Shown: positions 32,440 through 44,785 of the stretch, in pieces
Layout of the letters: every line of letters starts with the position of its first letter
Position numbering within the stretch: position 1 is the first letter of the stretch
Assembly: GCA_030324005.1 (NCBI GenBank)
Contig: JARDVH010000084.1
Span: 39,949,063 to 40,013,062, forward strand
Reading direction: 5' to 3'
Length of the DNA stretch: 64,000 nucleotides
Origin: Negaprion brevirostris
Taxonomy: Eukaryota
The notes under the pieces: generated by a model
The model's database searches: none
Seen by the model: the letters and a program-made list of their open reading frames with translations, nothing else
Told to the model about the DNA's origin: nothing
Position numbers and translations under genes: made by a program

Positions 32440-33520
32440 CCAATTTGACAGCGGAAGCCTCGCCTTTCTACGCATTGATTGGCGCAATGCAGCGTGAGGA
32501 TGTCAATGAAAGTTTCGATTGGTAGCAACTGCTGTCTATCATGTCGGGTCAAGTTCATGTCTCGAGTTCGCCTAACCGTTAGGAGAAAAGGGTTTTTTTA
32601 GAGACCGAGTCACACGTCTCGACAGAGCGAGCGCGCAACCTTATTTTTTTTGCCTCTCTTGGATCAGGTAAGCGACGGAGGAAATTTGCCAAGCTCAGCG
32701 CTTTCCAAGCTCACAGCAGCAGCCCAGTCTTGGCGCAATAATTGACATATTCCACATGGACACAAACTGGAACAGGCGTGACTTAAAAAAAAGACATCCT
32801 CTCATCAATTACCAGGCTGAAACATTTTTAAATATGCTTTAGATACAACATATCCCTGCTAAATCTTATTTTGCATTCAAGTTTAGAATATCTCTATTAA
32901 AATCATAATTTAAAAAAAGTTCATTATGTATCACGTACCATTGCCATGTAAAGAGTAAGTGAGAAACTTTAAATTGTTCAGACGTTTAGCTTCATTTGTT
33001 GTCGCCCCTTTTGTTGCTATTTTTTTGGTTTTAATATATAAACTGGGAGCCGTTGCAAACCGGAAGCGAAACCATGCAAAAGCCGCTGCGGAAAAAAAAG
33101 TCGGCGAGAGATGCCGGAGATTTTTTTTTGTTTGTTTCCAGAGAAGAAGCCCCTTTGAAAGCGTTCCAAGATTGCTCCCAGCTCCCTGGCTCTGTGCTGA
33201 TGGCGAAAGAGCACTTTTTGCGGAGCGCCCTGAGAAGTTGCAATCGATTTGCAGCCCTTACTGTTTATTTCCGCATCGGTATTTGCATAGAAACCACGCA
33301 TGGAGGCACGTCCGACCAATCGGCTTCCAGAATCCCGGGAGACGCCAGTCGCGCGAGCGTCTGGCCTGGGATTCCATTCCCGGGCTCGTGTTCCATTCCA
33401 GCAGCGATACAGTCCGCACCGTCTGCAGCTTCTTTCACCTTATAGCACACACAGAGAAGACATTTGTAATCGGTTGTGATTTTTTTTCCCCAATAGCAAG
33501 CGTAGGTAAGCAATTGTGAA
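32440..33520. promoter_or_regulatory. Second CpG-rich island, probable upstream alternative NFIA promoter
   Basis: Dense CpGs, CCAAT boxes (33316-33320, 33490-33494; ATTGG near 32478 and 32518), CGGAAG ETS-like sites, and a minus-strand ATG|GTACGT donor at 32941-32933. Confidence 0.55.
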
Positions 33521-36500
33521 AGGCGATTGTTTTCTCTGTGAAGGGAAGGATCTGCATGTACTCCATCCACAGTCATTTGCCCAGACCGTTTGGCAGATTT
33601 TTTTTGCTCTCTTATTTAATTTTAAGCCTACAGCAAAAACGATCACACTTGTATTAAACATATGCGTCAAGGAGTTGTTTAACTCGTGTATATTCTTGCA
33701 AATAAAAATAAGCAACCTGCTAACCTTGGTGTGAGCCAAGTAATAATACTGATTGCATGATTTATGCAGGAGCTTTTATTGATTTTTTTAACCAAAACTA
33801 TTGTAATCAAATGGCAACAGTTGCTGCAGAACAAGGAAATAATCACTATAAATTTATTTTTTACTCGAGAATTAAAGTTTTCTTAATTTGGAATAAACTG
33901 TTTTCTCTCTACTTTGGCCCGTTTTATGTGTGAACACAGTTGCTTGAGAACATAATTATTCAACAACATTTTGACCTTGGTTGAGTGATCTATTAAATTA
34001 TTCAATAAAGATCGTGTTTTCAAATAATGTTGTATCTATTTATATTAGCTAGCAAACACTCAACAGCTTGTTATCTGAAACAGGCCTCCTGTTATCCATG
34101 TGAATATTCATAACGATACTTTTTTTTGTGAATATACCTTGTTTTGAATGTTTCTTGGTAAAAACCAGTAAAAATCAACGCTGTTTTAAAACTTTATATA
34201 ATAGGTTAGATAAATTAGAAAAAAAATCTTGATTTGGTGATCACTATATTTACATATATTTTAATAATGCGATTGTACAACAACTTACTGCTATAGACAC
34301 TGTCCTAACCTGTATTATAAGTTGTCATTTCTGTTCTGATTAAACCATTGATCAAAATCGTGGTAGTGCAGACATAAGTTCATTTTACGTGTTGTCACAA
34401 CCTTGAGATTCTGTTTTCGTTAGACACAATCATAGGTTTGCTGAGATAGGTGTGAAAAGATAATTATACACAGTATTTCAAGTCTTTTCGGGAATTCGCC
34501 TACTTATATTGATCGTCATTTTCTTGTAAATATGCTACCCGCCTGGATGTATGTCTACAGATCATATGGCTATGTTGTTCGACCAATAAAATGCTCGCGC
34601 TTATGGTATAAGGCGTATGGGAAGCGAAGGCACCGTGCGACTGAACACATTTTCGGCCACGACGCAAGTAATAAATATGGAAATACACAGCCGCAAAAGG
34701 GCGCTCATGGACGTCTGTAAGATTTAAAACATTTTAACCATGGGCGTGCGAGCTTTTTGTAATTTACATTGTGTGTTTTAATATAAATGGAGACATTCAA
34801 TATGTTTACATACAGTGTTAGAATGTACAAATAATCGGCATGGAAATTAAACTTAATGTACTGCATTAGGCTGCAAATCAAGTAGTGTATATATACATGC
34901 TGTACAACCCAATTGCACCGAGCTGTAACCAAAGTCAGTTGTGCACTGATTAAATGCAGTAAGACACCAACTTTTTTGCGTACCGTGTGGATATACCACA
35001 CAAAAAGTGCAGACAAATGCAGTGTTATATTTGTCACAGTTGCTTTCGTCGCTGCACTTGTTAAGTAGTCGCTGATAAACGTTATTGACTTTTCCATTTT
35101 TATTTACATTGTACAGCAGTTTGTCAAAAGTGTAAAAATGAAAGGTATACTTGTTTCCCCCTCTCGCCGGTTACAAGTTAATCCAGTCACAATTGCGGCA
35201 CTCAGGAATACATTTGATCCGTAGTCTAGCTTCTTTTAAAAGATTTCCACTGCAGATACACTGCAGTCTCGGTCAACAACAGCAGCAGCCAGCCAGCCAG
35301 CCTGCAAGCACCCAGAGGAACTTCGGAAAATACAGTATATCGACCACCGTCATTATGCTGATTTATGAAGACCAGGCATTCAGGGATTTCGCTGCACCTT
35401 ATTTCAGCAGTGTCATATTAATCAGATATGCTTCTTTAAATAAAAAACAAAAAATTCTGACGCCGAAGCGATTTCTGTGAATAAGGAAACTATTCGACTC
35501 TAAATAAACAAGGCAAGTGGAAAATAAAGTCTCAACAAAACTAGACACTGCGACAGCACGTACAAAGCGAGCTGACGTTTACTAAAAGATCACAATGCAA
35601 AATCTGCCCGGGTATTAAAAAAAACAAACACAGCATTGAATCATCCTAATGCACGGAATCAACATTTTTCCCCCCAACACATGAATACATGTCACTTGCG
35701 GAAGTGTCCGTGTAAATTTGACGCTGGAGATACTGATCTGAAGACATTCCAGAACAGAGAACGAAAAAGACAGAAGTCTTTTTGTCTTTTTTACCCCCCG
35801 CAAAACCATCATGCTAAGATCCCAGATCTGGTGTTAACGCCGTGCAATATCACAACTAGAGGGCTCTAATAGCAACAACAAAAAACAAGTGATTTAGTGA
35901 TTTTGGAAAATGTTGCGAGTGTTACATGCCCTCCCCCAGTTACGATGGTGCACTCCAGCGCGTCGCGAGTTTTTTTCAGTCTTTATACTATTGCAGCATT
36001 TTGCTTTCCTCGCGAAATATTGCCCCTAAAAGTAGAATCGTTGCTTTTCTGATGCAATGTTTGAAAAAGGGGCGACAGTAAAACAAAGTTGTTTATTGTG
36101 TCCTTCCTCCTTTTTCACTCTTTCGGCGCCCATACGGAGGCGCATTCGGGAGATTTCTGACTAAAATGGAGTCGAGAGTCGAATAAAGTCACAAATTCCT
36201 ATTCACTCGCATTTAGATTTTGAAATATGTCATCGTAGTAATGAGTGAAATGAAGCTGTTTACAATCATTAGGTGATTTAATGACTCAAGTAAGGGGATA
36301 TGAAAATTCTTTAAAGAAGGGGATTGGGCCGCCAATGTTAACCACCAAGTTCAATATTTTCACACTGGTTTGCAAATAAGAATTCGGCACCAGTTACCGA
36401 CAAAACACAGGATTATTAAAGTTCAGTACGATACCAGAAGACATTTGTCTTTTTAAAAAAAATCTGGCTCCAAAACAGGTATACAATCTGCTAATAAAAT

Positions 36501-38811
36501 AAAACTTTTTCTTTCACTTTTAAGTTCAAGTCGCAGTTTATAAAGTTTTAAAGTTGCGTTTCGTGCAAAGACCCCACAGCTCTAATTTATCACTGCCCAG
36601 TAATTGGCGACCTTGTAGAGGATTTTAGACTCCGATAATTCGCTTGTTACCTAGCACGAAATGTTGCGAATTCATTCGAACTTCCTCACATTCACGAATC
36701 AATCTATCTCACCGATCTGCAGTATCTGCATTATTTAAAGATGTTTTGTAGAGCGTTGTTTAGGCAGCTTCGCAGTTTCAACTGTTAATTTCACTTGTAA
36801 TGTTACACATTTTAACTTTCACTGAACGAGGCAACAGCGCGTCATAAAAGTTTTAATCGCCGCTCGACTGCAATAACTGCCTGAAACATATTCTGCCATT
36901 ATTTGTCACGTGCAAAATTGAACAGGTTCGATTTCAAAATGATATATTTCTATTGTATCCAAATTTGAGCCCAGATTACAGCTCAGGGCTTTATTTGCTA
37001 CAGTCGAGCACCTGCGCTGTTATATCCCCTTAAAATAAATTATTTATGACAGGAGTTCGAACAATGTTTTAATTGCTTGCGCAATTTTACCGTTTGAAGA
37101 GTTGATACAGTTTCTTCTAAGAATGCCTCTAGTTCCTCCACTTTCGATATAAGTAATTAAAAATTGACATTTAAACAATTCAGTTCTTTCAAAGTGCAGG
37201 CAAATTGTGAAATTATTTGTGTAAACAAAAAGTTAACCATTTCTGCACACGCACAATTCCACGAAGGACTGCTATATCAGGACACGCTATGAAGAAGCCA
37301 ACTATCTTGGAATTTCTTTCTCCATTAATTAAAAAATAGGCACCAACTTGACAAGGGAATCCTGGACTAAACGGAGGCCAAATATATCCGCATTATTATT
37401 TGCAGCTTCCGGAGCTGCCGAAACACGGAATGCATCATTTTAGTTTTGTTTTTATACGGGACAATTCTTAAAAATAAGGGAAAACGCGTTTTTGCTAATT
37501 ATGTATCAAACACAAAGAATTCAATTATAAATCATTCGCAAATTATATCTCAGATAGATTGGATTCCACTTATTTCATGCCTAACTTTAACATACGTGGT
37601 ATTATTGACATTTCCAGCAACTACTTCCCCAAAATGAAATATCTTCGTCTCTTTCAGGACATTGTAGCACTCGCAAAATTAACTAGTGATTCCCCTGTCG
37701 ATATGGTGGGGTTTGTCAATGAGTTAAATACCACAAATAAATGTAAATTACATTTTTAAAAATCACCAGTTTTTTTGAGACTGTATATTCAACACTTTTA
37801 ACACAGGGACAATATGATCGATTGGAAATATATTACAAGCGAATGTTTCTCCTTTATTATTCTAATTTGGAAATTAATAATGTAGCAAATGTAACAATCC
37901 AGAAAGCAAGTTAAGTTATTGATCAATTTTTGCTAATTAACTATTAACGATATGAAACATACTTTAAATTAAATCGATAAGATATGTCCATTTTTTGTTT
38001 ATATTTTGTGGGGAGTGACAGTTTGAACATTGGATAATTAGATCTGAATTCATTATATATACGAATACGTTGAATATTTTTTAAAAACTAACTCATATTA
38101 AATCTGTAATGTCATCTACCGTGACTTGTTTATTTAGAAAATTGATTAAGTAATCACTGCTCACCAGTAGCGATACATGATTACAGGGTACATCGACACT
38201 GGCTATATTTACATCTGTTTCACAATGAATAATACTCGGAACTGGCACTTTTATCACACCTTTATCGATAATACCTCCTTTTAATTTCACTAGTTAAAAA
38301 AACAAACGCACACTTTTAAAACTCTGGGTATAATTCGTGACTTGGTGTGCTATATGAATTCCAATATTTATTTATTTGATAGTTTACGCAGTTTCTCCGT
38401 GTTACATGCTTGAAAGTTTTCATGACAGCACAGTCATTTCTAGTTCTGTTTGTCTTTTCAGAATGAACTCGTGCTTAAAAAATAACAGTTTCAGAAGTGG
38501 ACGACGAAACGACGGTTGAATATTAATCACCCAATTCAAAATACGATCAAGTTGTCATTACTTTTTGTGTGTAACTAATCAAGAAGGCATTACATGACAA
38601 CAGATAACATAAAAACAGAGGTATAGTTTAAAAGATAATTAAGATATTTATTCATATACAATACATGATACAATATCGATTATAAGTATCAGGGCCGCAT
38701 AATAAGCTGGATGAACGCATTTTAAATAAGCAAACATTATCCTAACGTGATTATGCAGATTTACATAATATTCCAAAATTGGGATGAGCGACTGAAAAAT
38801 CCTACCTATGG

Positions 38812-38891
38812 CATGAATACTTTGAGTAAAAAGTCTGACAACACCAGGTTTTAGTCCAACCGATTTATATCCACATCATGAATACTTTGAG
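38812..38891. mobile_element. 50-bp mini-insertion flanked by a 15-bp direct repeat
   Basis: catgaatactttgag at 38812-38826 and 38877-38891. The insert (aagtctgacaacaccaggttttagtccaac...tccacat) resembles the ends of the element at 53696-53830. Confidence 0.7.
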
Positions 38892-41800
38892 CCAGGTTCG
38901 TTATGACAAACTGGGAGACAATGAACAATTGAGAAACCACCTCAAAAAGTGCAATAGCAAAAAGATTTAAGGTGTATGTTTTTGATTGTAAAACGTACCC
39001 CTTTCAGAAATATGCAAAAACATGTTGTTTAAACATCTGTTTATTCAGAAATATGTGTGAAATAAATTAGTTTATATTTGCTGTGAGCAATTTGAAGGTT
39101 GCAGCTTCGGGACAAGGCGCAACTTTGGAGCTTTTGGGAAAAGTTGGTGTTCAATATATATGCCCACATATATCTTAACTTTGGCAAGTTTGTAATGATA
39201 TTTCTAAAAGATACGCAAAAAAGGCAGGTCAAATATTATGATGCTCAAAGATGCTCGTTTTGTAAAAAGACACAGTAATCTCTCATTGGTAGTCTAAAAT
39301 ATGCAGCCTCGCACTCAATTCAAATATTTACTTAAAGTAAGTACAAATAATAATAGGTACCGAAGTTAACCAGGAAATCAACAACTGAGTTGAAGTTTTT
39401 GATACTTGTTTGACTCGTTATATTTTTGTAACACTATCAGAATGAAAATTAACTCAATTTGGACTACACGTTTTAATTCATTGATTAAGAGGGATGAGAG
39501 GATTCTCCGGGCAATGTTTTTGTCCGCAGTACTATTGGCATCGCATTTTTCATTACTGGCATTATTATTGATGAATTATTCATTATCCATTTTGGCGCTG
39601 TGTCCTCTATTCATTTTCTCTATTTTCTTGGAACATGAATTATTAAAAATAAGACTATCAAATCGAACGTATTAATCTCTAAATCCATGTTTACAATTAA
39701 GTTAAACGAGAAACTCGATGCTTCCAAGTTAAGTTAGATTACTGAATTCCTTCGTAATTCTTGTTCATGATTTCTTTATTTGAATGTTAGTCATGTACTT
39801 GAAGGTGAAAAGTTCCCAAACTGCAGATTAGCTCGTGATTGCCGTTAAATTGATCATTTTAATGCCATTATTCCCTTTTTCCTCCGCGCTACACAGCTAA
39901 CATTGGAAAAGTGTTAACTATTACAGTCCAACTGACTGTACCGTAATTAGGTACTAAGTAACTCTTTCATTGCGGGAACAAGATTTTTTTTTGGTTTCTT
40001 TTATGCACGAAACGAAATGCAAACTAATGTAGCCGATAAACTGAAATCAGAAGCTAAGGTAGTATTGGAAACAAATTAGATAGGATTTAATTGACGACGG
40101 ATTTTATGTATTTCTCGAAGTAAGTTGCAGAATAGGACGACAGAAGAACGTACCGGGCAAATTGGCAGGAAGTCGTTAAACGCTATATTCCTTTTTTTCT
40201 ATAAATAGTCAGATAACAGACAAATGACATCGAATATTTTAAACAAATATCATTAAATATAAATAAGATTTTGCATTGTGAGAGCAGATCCCTAGAGTAA
40301 ACACGTTTCCGATATAATCATTTATTGTTGAATGTTTTCATTAAACGCATTCCGATGACTGATACAGCCAGCTCCACAATTGGATACCGTCGAATTAAAT
40401 CGCAGGTTGAGACGAATTTTTCACCGGTTGGTGGAAATAAATATTTCCCCATGTTTACAGCAAAAACAATGCCACGAAACGAATACAAAATAAACAACGA
40501 AAACATCAAGTTAACACGCAGAATAATGAACAGATAACAACAAACGAAATGGTTAAAACCATGAAATATCATATCCATTTTGACTTTGCTCTTTTCAGGC
40601 TATGATGCTTATATATAATTTGTCTTTAAAAATTAGGCAAAAATTATTGTAGCATAATATAGTTTGTAAGTTATTTTGTTAAAGTACGTCGTTCAAATTT
40701 TTGCCAAACCGTGTAATGTTATACATGTCTGCAGGAAATATTGTTGACAAATCGAAATATTTAATTATCTATCAATGAAATATTGATATTTGCTTTGGGA
40801 AACCAGTTGCTTTGGGGAAAATAAAGGAGCACCAATTGCAATACAAGTCATCATAACCGAAAGGTTTGCTTTGCAAAACTTGCATTTTAGAAAATATTAA
40901 ATTAAATCAAATTGCATCATGTAACTAAAACGGCAAGCACGAAATATTATGATATAAAGCGTCATAATGCTTTAAATAAGTGAGTTGTGTGCTAATTTGA
41001 AGATTAAACAGAATTTTTAAATGGGTTGATAATATGCATGCTATCTACTCAAATATATCCGGCCACGTTAATCAAACTCTATTGGAACTGGACCAAATAT
41101 GTTCAATAATAAAATACAGTACCCTCGATATTTGTTTTAAGCCTACGATATTTGGAATTGTCTCCTATTTTATGTGATTACGATTACGTTGATGTTAAAA
41201 CTGAGGTCATCTTTGCATGTTGTTTCTTAATATTCCCTTTTTAAAATATCCAACACACATATGTGCATTTGTAAAACTTCTGTCAAAACAGAAATCCAAG
41301 TAATGGAGGAATATTTCAGACCACTAGACAACGGCTACTTTACTGGAATTTATTTGTGTAACTCGCAGTTTGTGCTATCTGTTGACTTGCTACTAATGAC
41401 CCGAATTCATCGGCTTCTTTATGAGATTTAAATGTCACCCTTCTCACGTTTGACAGAAGAAATGCCCACGTTAAAAATGTGGCTCTGCCATGTTGTGTCC
41501 ACAAAATGCAAGCCTGCGATTTTAACTTGCTTAACACCGTCAGCATCAATAATTAACATTTCAGCGACACCCCTTAATAAGTAATCTAGTAAAATAACTC
41601 CCTGAACACTAGGTGTACCTATTGATAAATTTATCCACACCTGAGATTTTCTTGGGTAATTTATTTCAGCCTGATATAACATTGTTTCGGTCATCGATTT
41701 AAAGGCGACTTTACAAAAATAAATCAACAGTCGGATTTCATTAGCAACATGGCCAGAGATTGAAATTAAAATACACTTATAAATGTTGATTGTATCCCTT

Positions 41801-42695
41801 AGGTAAGTAAAGAAATAATATATGCTAAAAGATATCGAATAGGATAGAAATGACAAACTGGTTTTAAGGTGACCTATCTGGAATAATGGATGGAAACAGG
41901 TTGTATGTGGCAAATAGTCTGAATTAACGGTATATTTTAAACAGAGCGTATGGTCAACACACATTGTAAACTATTCTCAATATTAAATATAGGGCATATC
42001 CTAAAATACCTTAAATTGTAGATACACATGTGCTACATGCAAAATATCACTCATTGGCTGCAATTAATGGTACACAAATCTTTGAAATTATGAATATAGA
42101 CTGCTTGATAATAAAATCACTTTATATCGATTCATTATAAATGCCCCAATTTCTCAGTTTTCTGTTTCTTCCGCTGCAGAGAATAAATAACTTAATTTAT
42201 TTATATTTGAGTATCTGACTTCACACTTTATTATGTTTCTGTTTGCGTTTGTGATAGAATGATACCCTGTAAGTTTTGTGGGTGGTTGATCGGAGATTAT
42301 CTATCATGTTGGATATTTATTGATAAAAATGAGAAATTATGCGTTTTCTTGAAAGTTTTAATTGTTTTATTTCCAGTCAATGAAGATTACTCTGTAGGCA
42401 AAGATAGCATGCCTGTGACAATTGCTATTTTAACTTCGGGTAGTGGCAGTAAGTGGGATCAGTAAAATTGTTCGAAGACTTGTCAGAGCGCCACGAAGAG
42501 GCAGAGACAACTCGCGCTACAGGTACAGGATCTTGGTATTTTATGCATGCATTGGAGTGCATGGTGGGAGGTGTGTGGTGAGGGGGGGGGGGTGGGGAAG
42601 GAAGAATGAGCGTACCTCGGTTTCTGAGCACGTTTATGTCTGCAACAGTGAGTGAGTGTACGTGGGAGGAATAATGTACTCATGTGTGCGAGGCA

Positions 42696-42716
42696 GTGTG
42701 TGTGTGTGTGTGTGTG
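42696..42716. repeat. (GT)n microsatellite in a GT-rich low-complexity tract
   Basis: About 10 GT units seen directly. Confidence 0.85.
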
Positions 42717-43319
42717 AATGCAAGAATATGCCTGTGTCAGGAGTGCATACATGTTTGCTTCTGTGTCTTGGAGGAAGGGCTTGCAGTGTGTGTATGTGTA
42801 TGAGATAAATGTAAACGATTGAAAATCTTGTCAGTGTTAGCAGTATTCGTGTTGTGAGTCCTGCCCTCGTGTTCACGGGAGAATGCATTTTTAGGAATGT
42901 TTGATTGTAGGAGAGTGAAATAATTCCTACAGGTTTGACAAGTTAAATGAAAGTGACAACGCGCATATCAGCAAGAGCCACTTGAATGGATAAGTATTAT
43001 TGAAGTGTGCATTGTAGTGCGAATGTGTGTACTTGAATATGAATGAGTGGATCTCCATCTGCATGAATGAATATCCGAGAAGCGTGTGAGTTTAAATTGG
43101 CGAGTGATACTGTGGCTATCTTTGAAAGTTTAACGCAGTTGCAGGTTCCGGAGCAGTGTCTGAGTGGCGATGTGCGCGCTTCAATGCACAAGCACACCCC
43201 TATCTTCTCTCTCTTTAATATTAAGAAAATAGGGGCGAGAGTGTCACTATCTCACATCCATATAAAACATATTCACTTCAAGCTTCTCAAATGATCTCAG
43301 ATAGTTTCATTAATCAAAG

Positions 43320-43618
43320 AATCAGTGCAGAGGGAGACCATTCGGCCTATCGAATCGGCACCGACTCACCAACAGAACATCTTACCCAAGCCCAACCTCG
43401 CATATTTACCCCACTAATCCCCAAACATCTTGGGACACTAAGGGGCAATTGAGCATGGCCAGTGCACCTAACCTGCACATCTTTGATCTGTGGGAGGAAA
43501 CGGAACACGCAGAGTAAACTCACGCACGGGGAGAACGTGCAAACTCTTCACAGTCTCCCAAGGCCGGAATTGAACCCGGGTCCCTGGTGCTGTGAGACAA
43601 CAGTGTGCCACCATGCTG
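43320..43618 (-). mobile_element. tRNA-derived V-SINE, HE1-like
   Basis: Reverse strand reads catggtggcaca...cagcaccagggacccgggttcaattccggcc...tttgcacgttctcccc...ttcctcccaca...caaagatgtgcaggttagg, ending in a CR1-like tail. Confidence 0.85.
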
Positions 43619-44227
43619 AAATCTGATTCGGAATTGAGTTATACTGCCAGTTGTCTGCGACTGGACATCTTGGCAGAACAATGCGAGAGTTCTGTGTGTG
43701 TGTGAGGTGCACGTCAGTGTATTTGCCCAAGGAAGTCCCATTATTGTGGGAGAAAGGCATTTATCATTGCATGGAAACCAAGTTTTGTGACAGCTTCTCC
43801 AGAAAGTCCTCTTCACAAATGCTCCTTTATTAGTATAACTCCTGCCCAATAACAGAGCCCTGTTTTAAGATGTCTATCCAATGTTCATACACTTCTTCTC
43901 AATGTTTGTTTTAAAGTTAGGAGAAATTGAGAGCTCCTGGCGACTCCTGACAACAAAATGAACGAATGTTCAACCTTCCTTTATTATCACCTCAACCACT
44001 CACAGATGTCTATCGAATTGCAAGATGCCCACTTCACAGGACACCTGTTAGCTGCAGATGCATAAGTATTTCTGAACGTGGATGTGACTAAGTGTTAGTA
44101 CTCATGAGTCAACGCTGGTGTAAGCCTTCCATTCACGTCATTCCAGAACAATACATCTAGTTACTGTCAGCATGACTGTATTCAGAACACAATTCTTTTG
44201 ATGGTAGGGAGCATTTTAACACTGTAT

Positions 44228-44335
44228 TTTGATGATGGGCCTACATTATAACAACCACTACACTTCAAAAGTACTGTAAATCGCCTGGAGACGTGACAAG
44301 GCCTTGAAAGGCCTTATATAAGTGCGAGTTTTCTT
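44228..44335 (+). repeat. 3' tail fragment of a Deu-SINE/L2-related repeat
   Basis: cctacattataacaa..actacacttcaaaagta.tgtaaa..gc...gaaagg...tatataagtgc; related fragments at ~47290-47362 and 53615-53850. Confidence 0.5.
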
Positions 44336-44519
44336 TTTGTTTTGGTTATCGACAAAGTAAACTTTCGCTCCGTTGTTACTGATAACAGTACAATGCACAG
44401 ATAAGCGTCATGTTGACCTGGCCTGATTGCACCGGACTAGATAGACCATGCCATTTCCTGCTTGTATGTTGGTGAATTGTTAGTTAACAGACACACTCCA
44501 GAAGCTATCAAGGCATTTC

Positions 44520-44785
44520 TCGGCAACCTCTCTAATAGCACATTTTATTCTAAAATGGTACATTTAATTCAGAAATAAATGTGGAACCAATTGCCTGAAA
44601 GGATGATGGAAGCAGAAACCCTCACATTAGAAAAACAACTACTTAGATGTGCAGTTTAAGTGCTGGGTTATAGATCAAGGATTTGATAGTGGGATTAAGC
44701 TGGGTAACTCTTTTCCCGCCAAAAAAAAGGGAAGAATGGAATGAGCTCCTTTTGTGCCGTAAATTTTCTACGATTCTACGATTTT
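44520..44785 (+). mobile_element. CR1-type LINE 3' end fragment
   Basis: atgtggaac..attgcctgaaagg.tg.tggaagcaga (WNxLPxxVVEA) followed by a 3' UTR ending in ttctacgattctacgatt. Confidence 0.7.

Noticed and set aside
32959-33519. 186-aa and 130-aa ORFs in the upstream CpG island
   Set aside because: No recognisable homology; overlapping ORFs in several frames are expected in GC-rich DNA.
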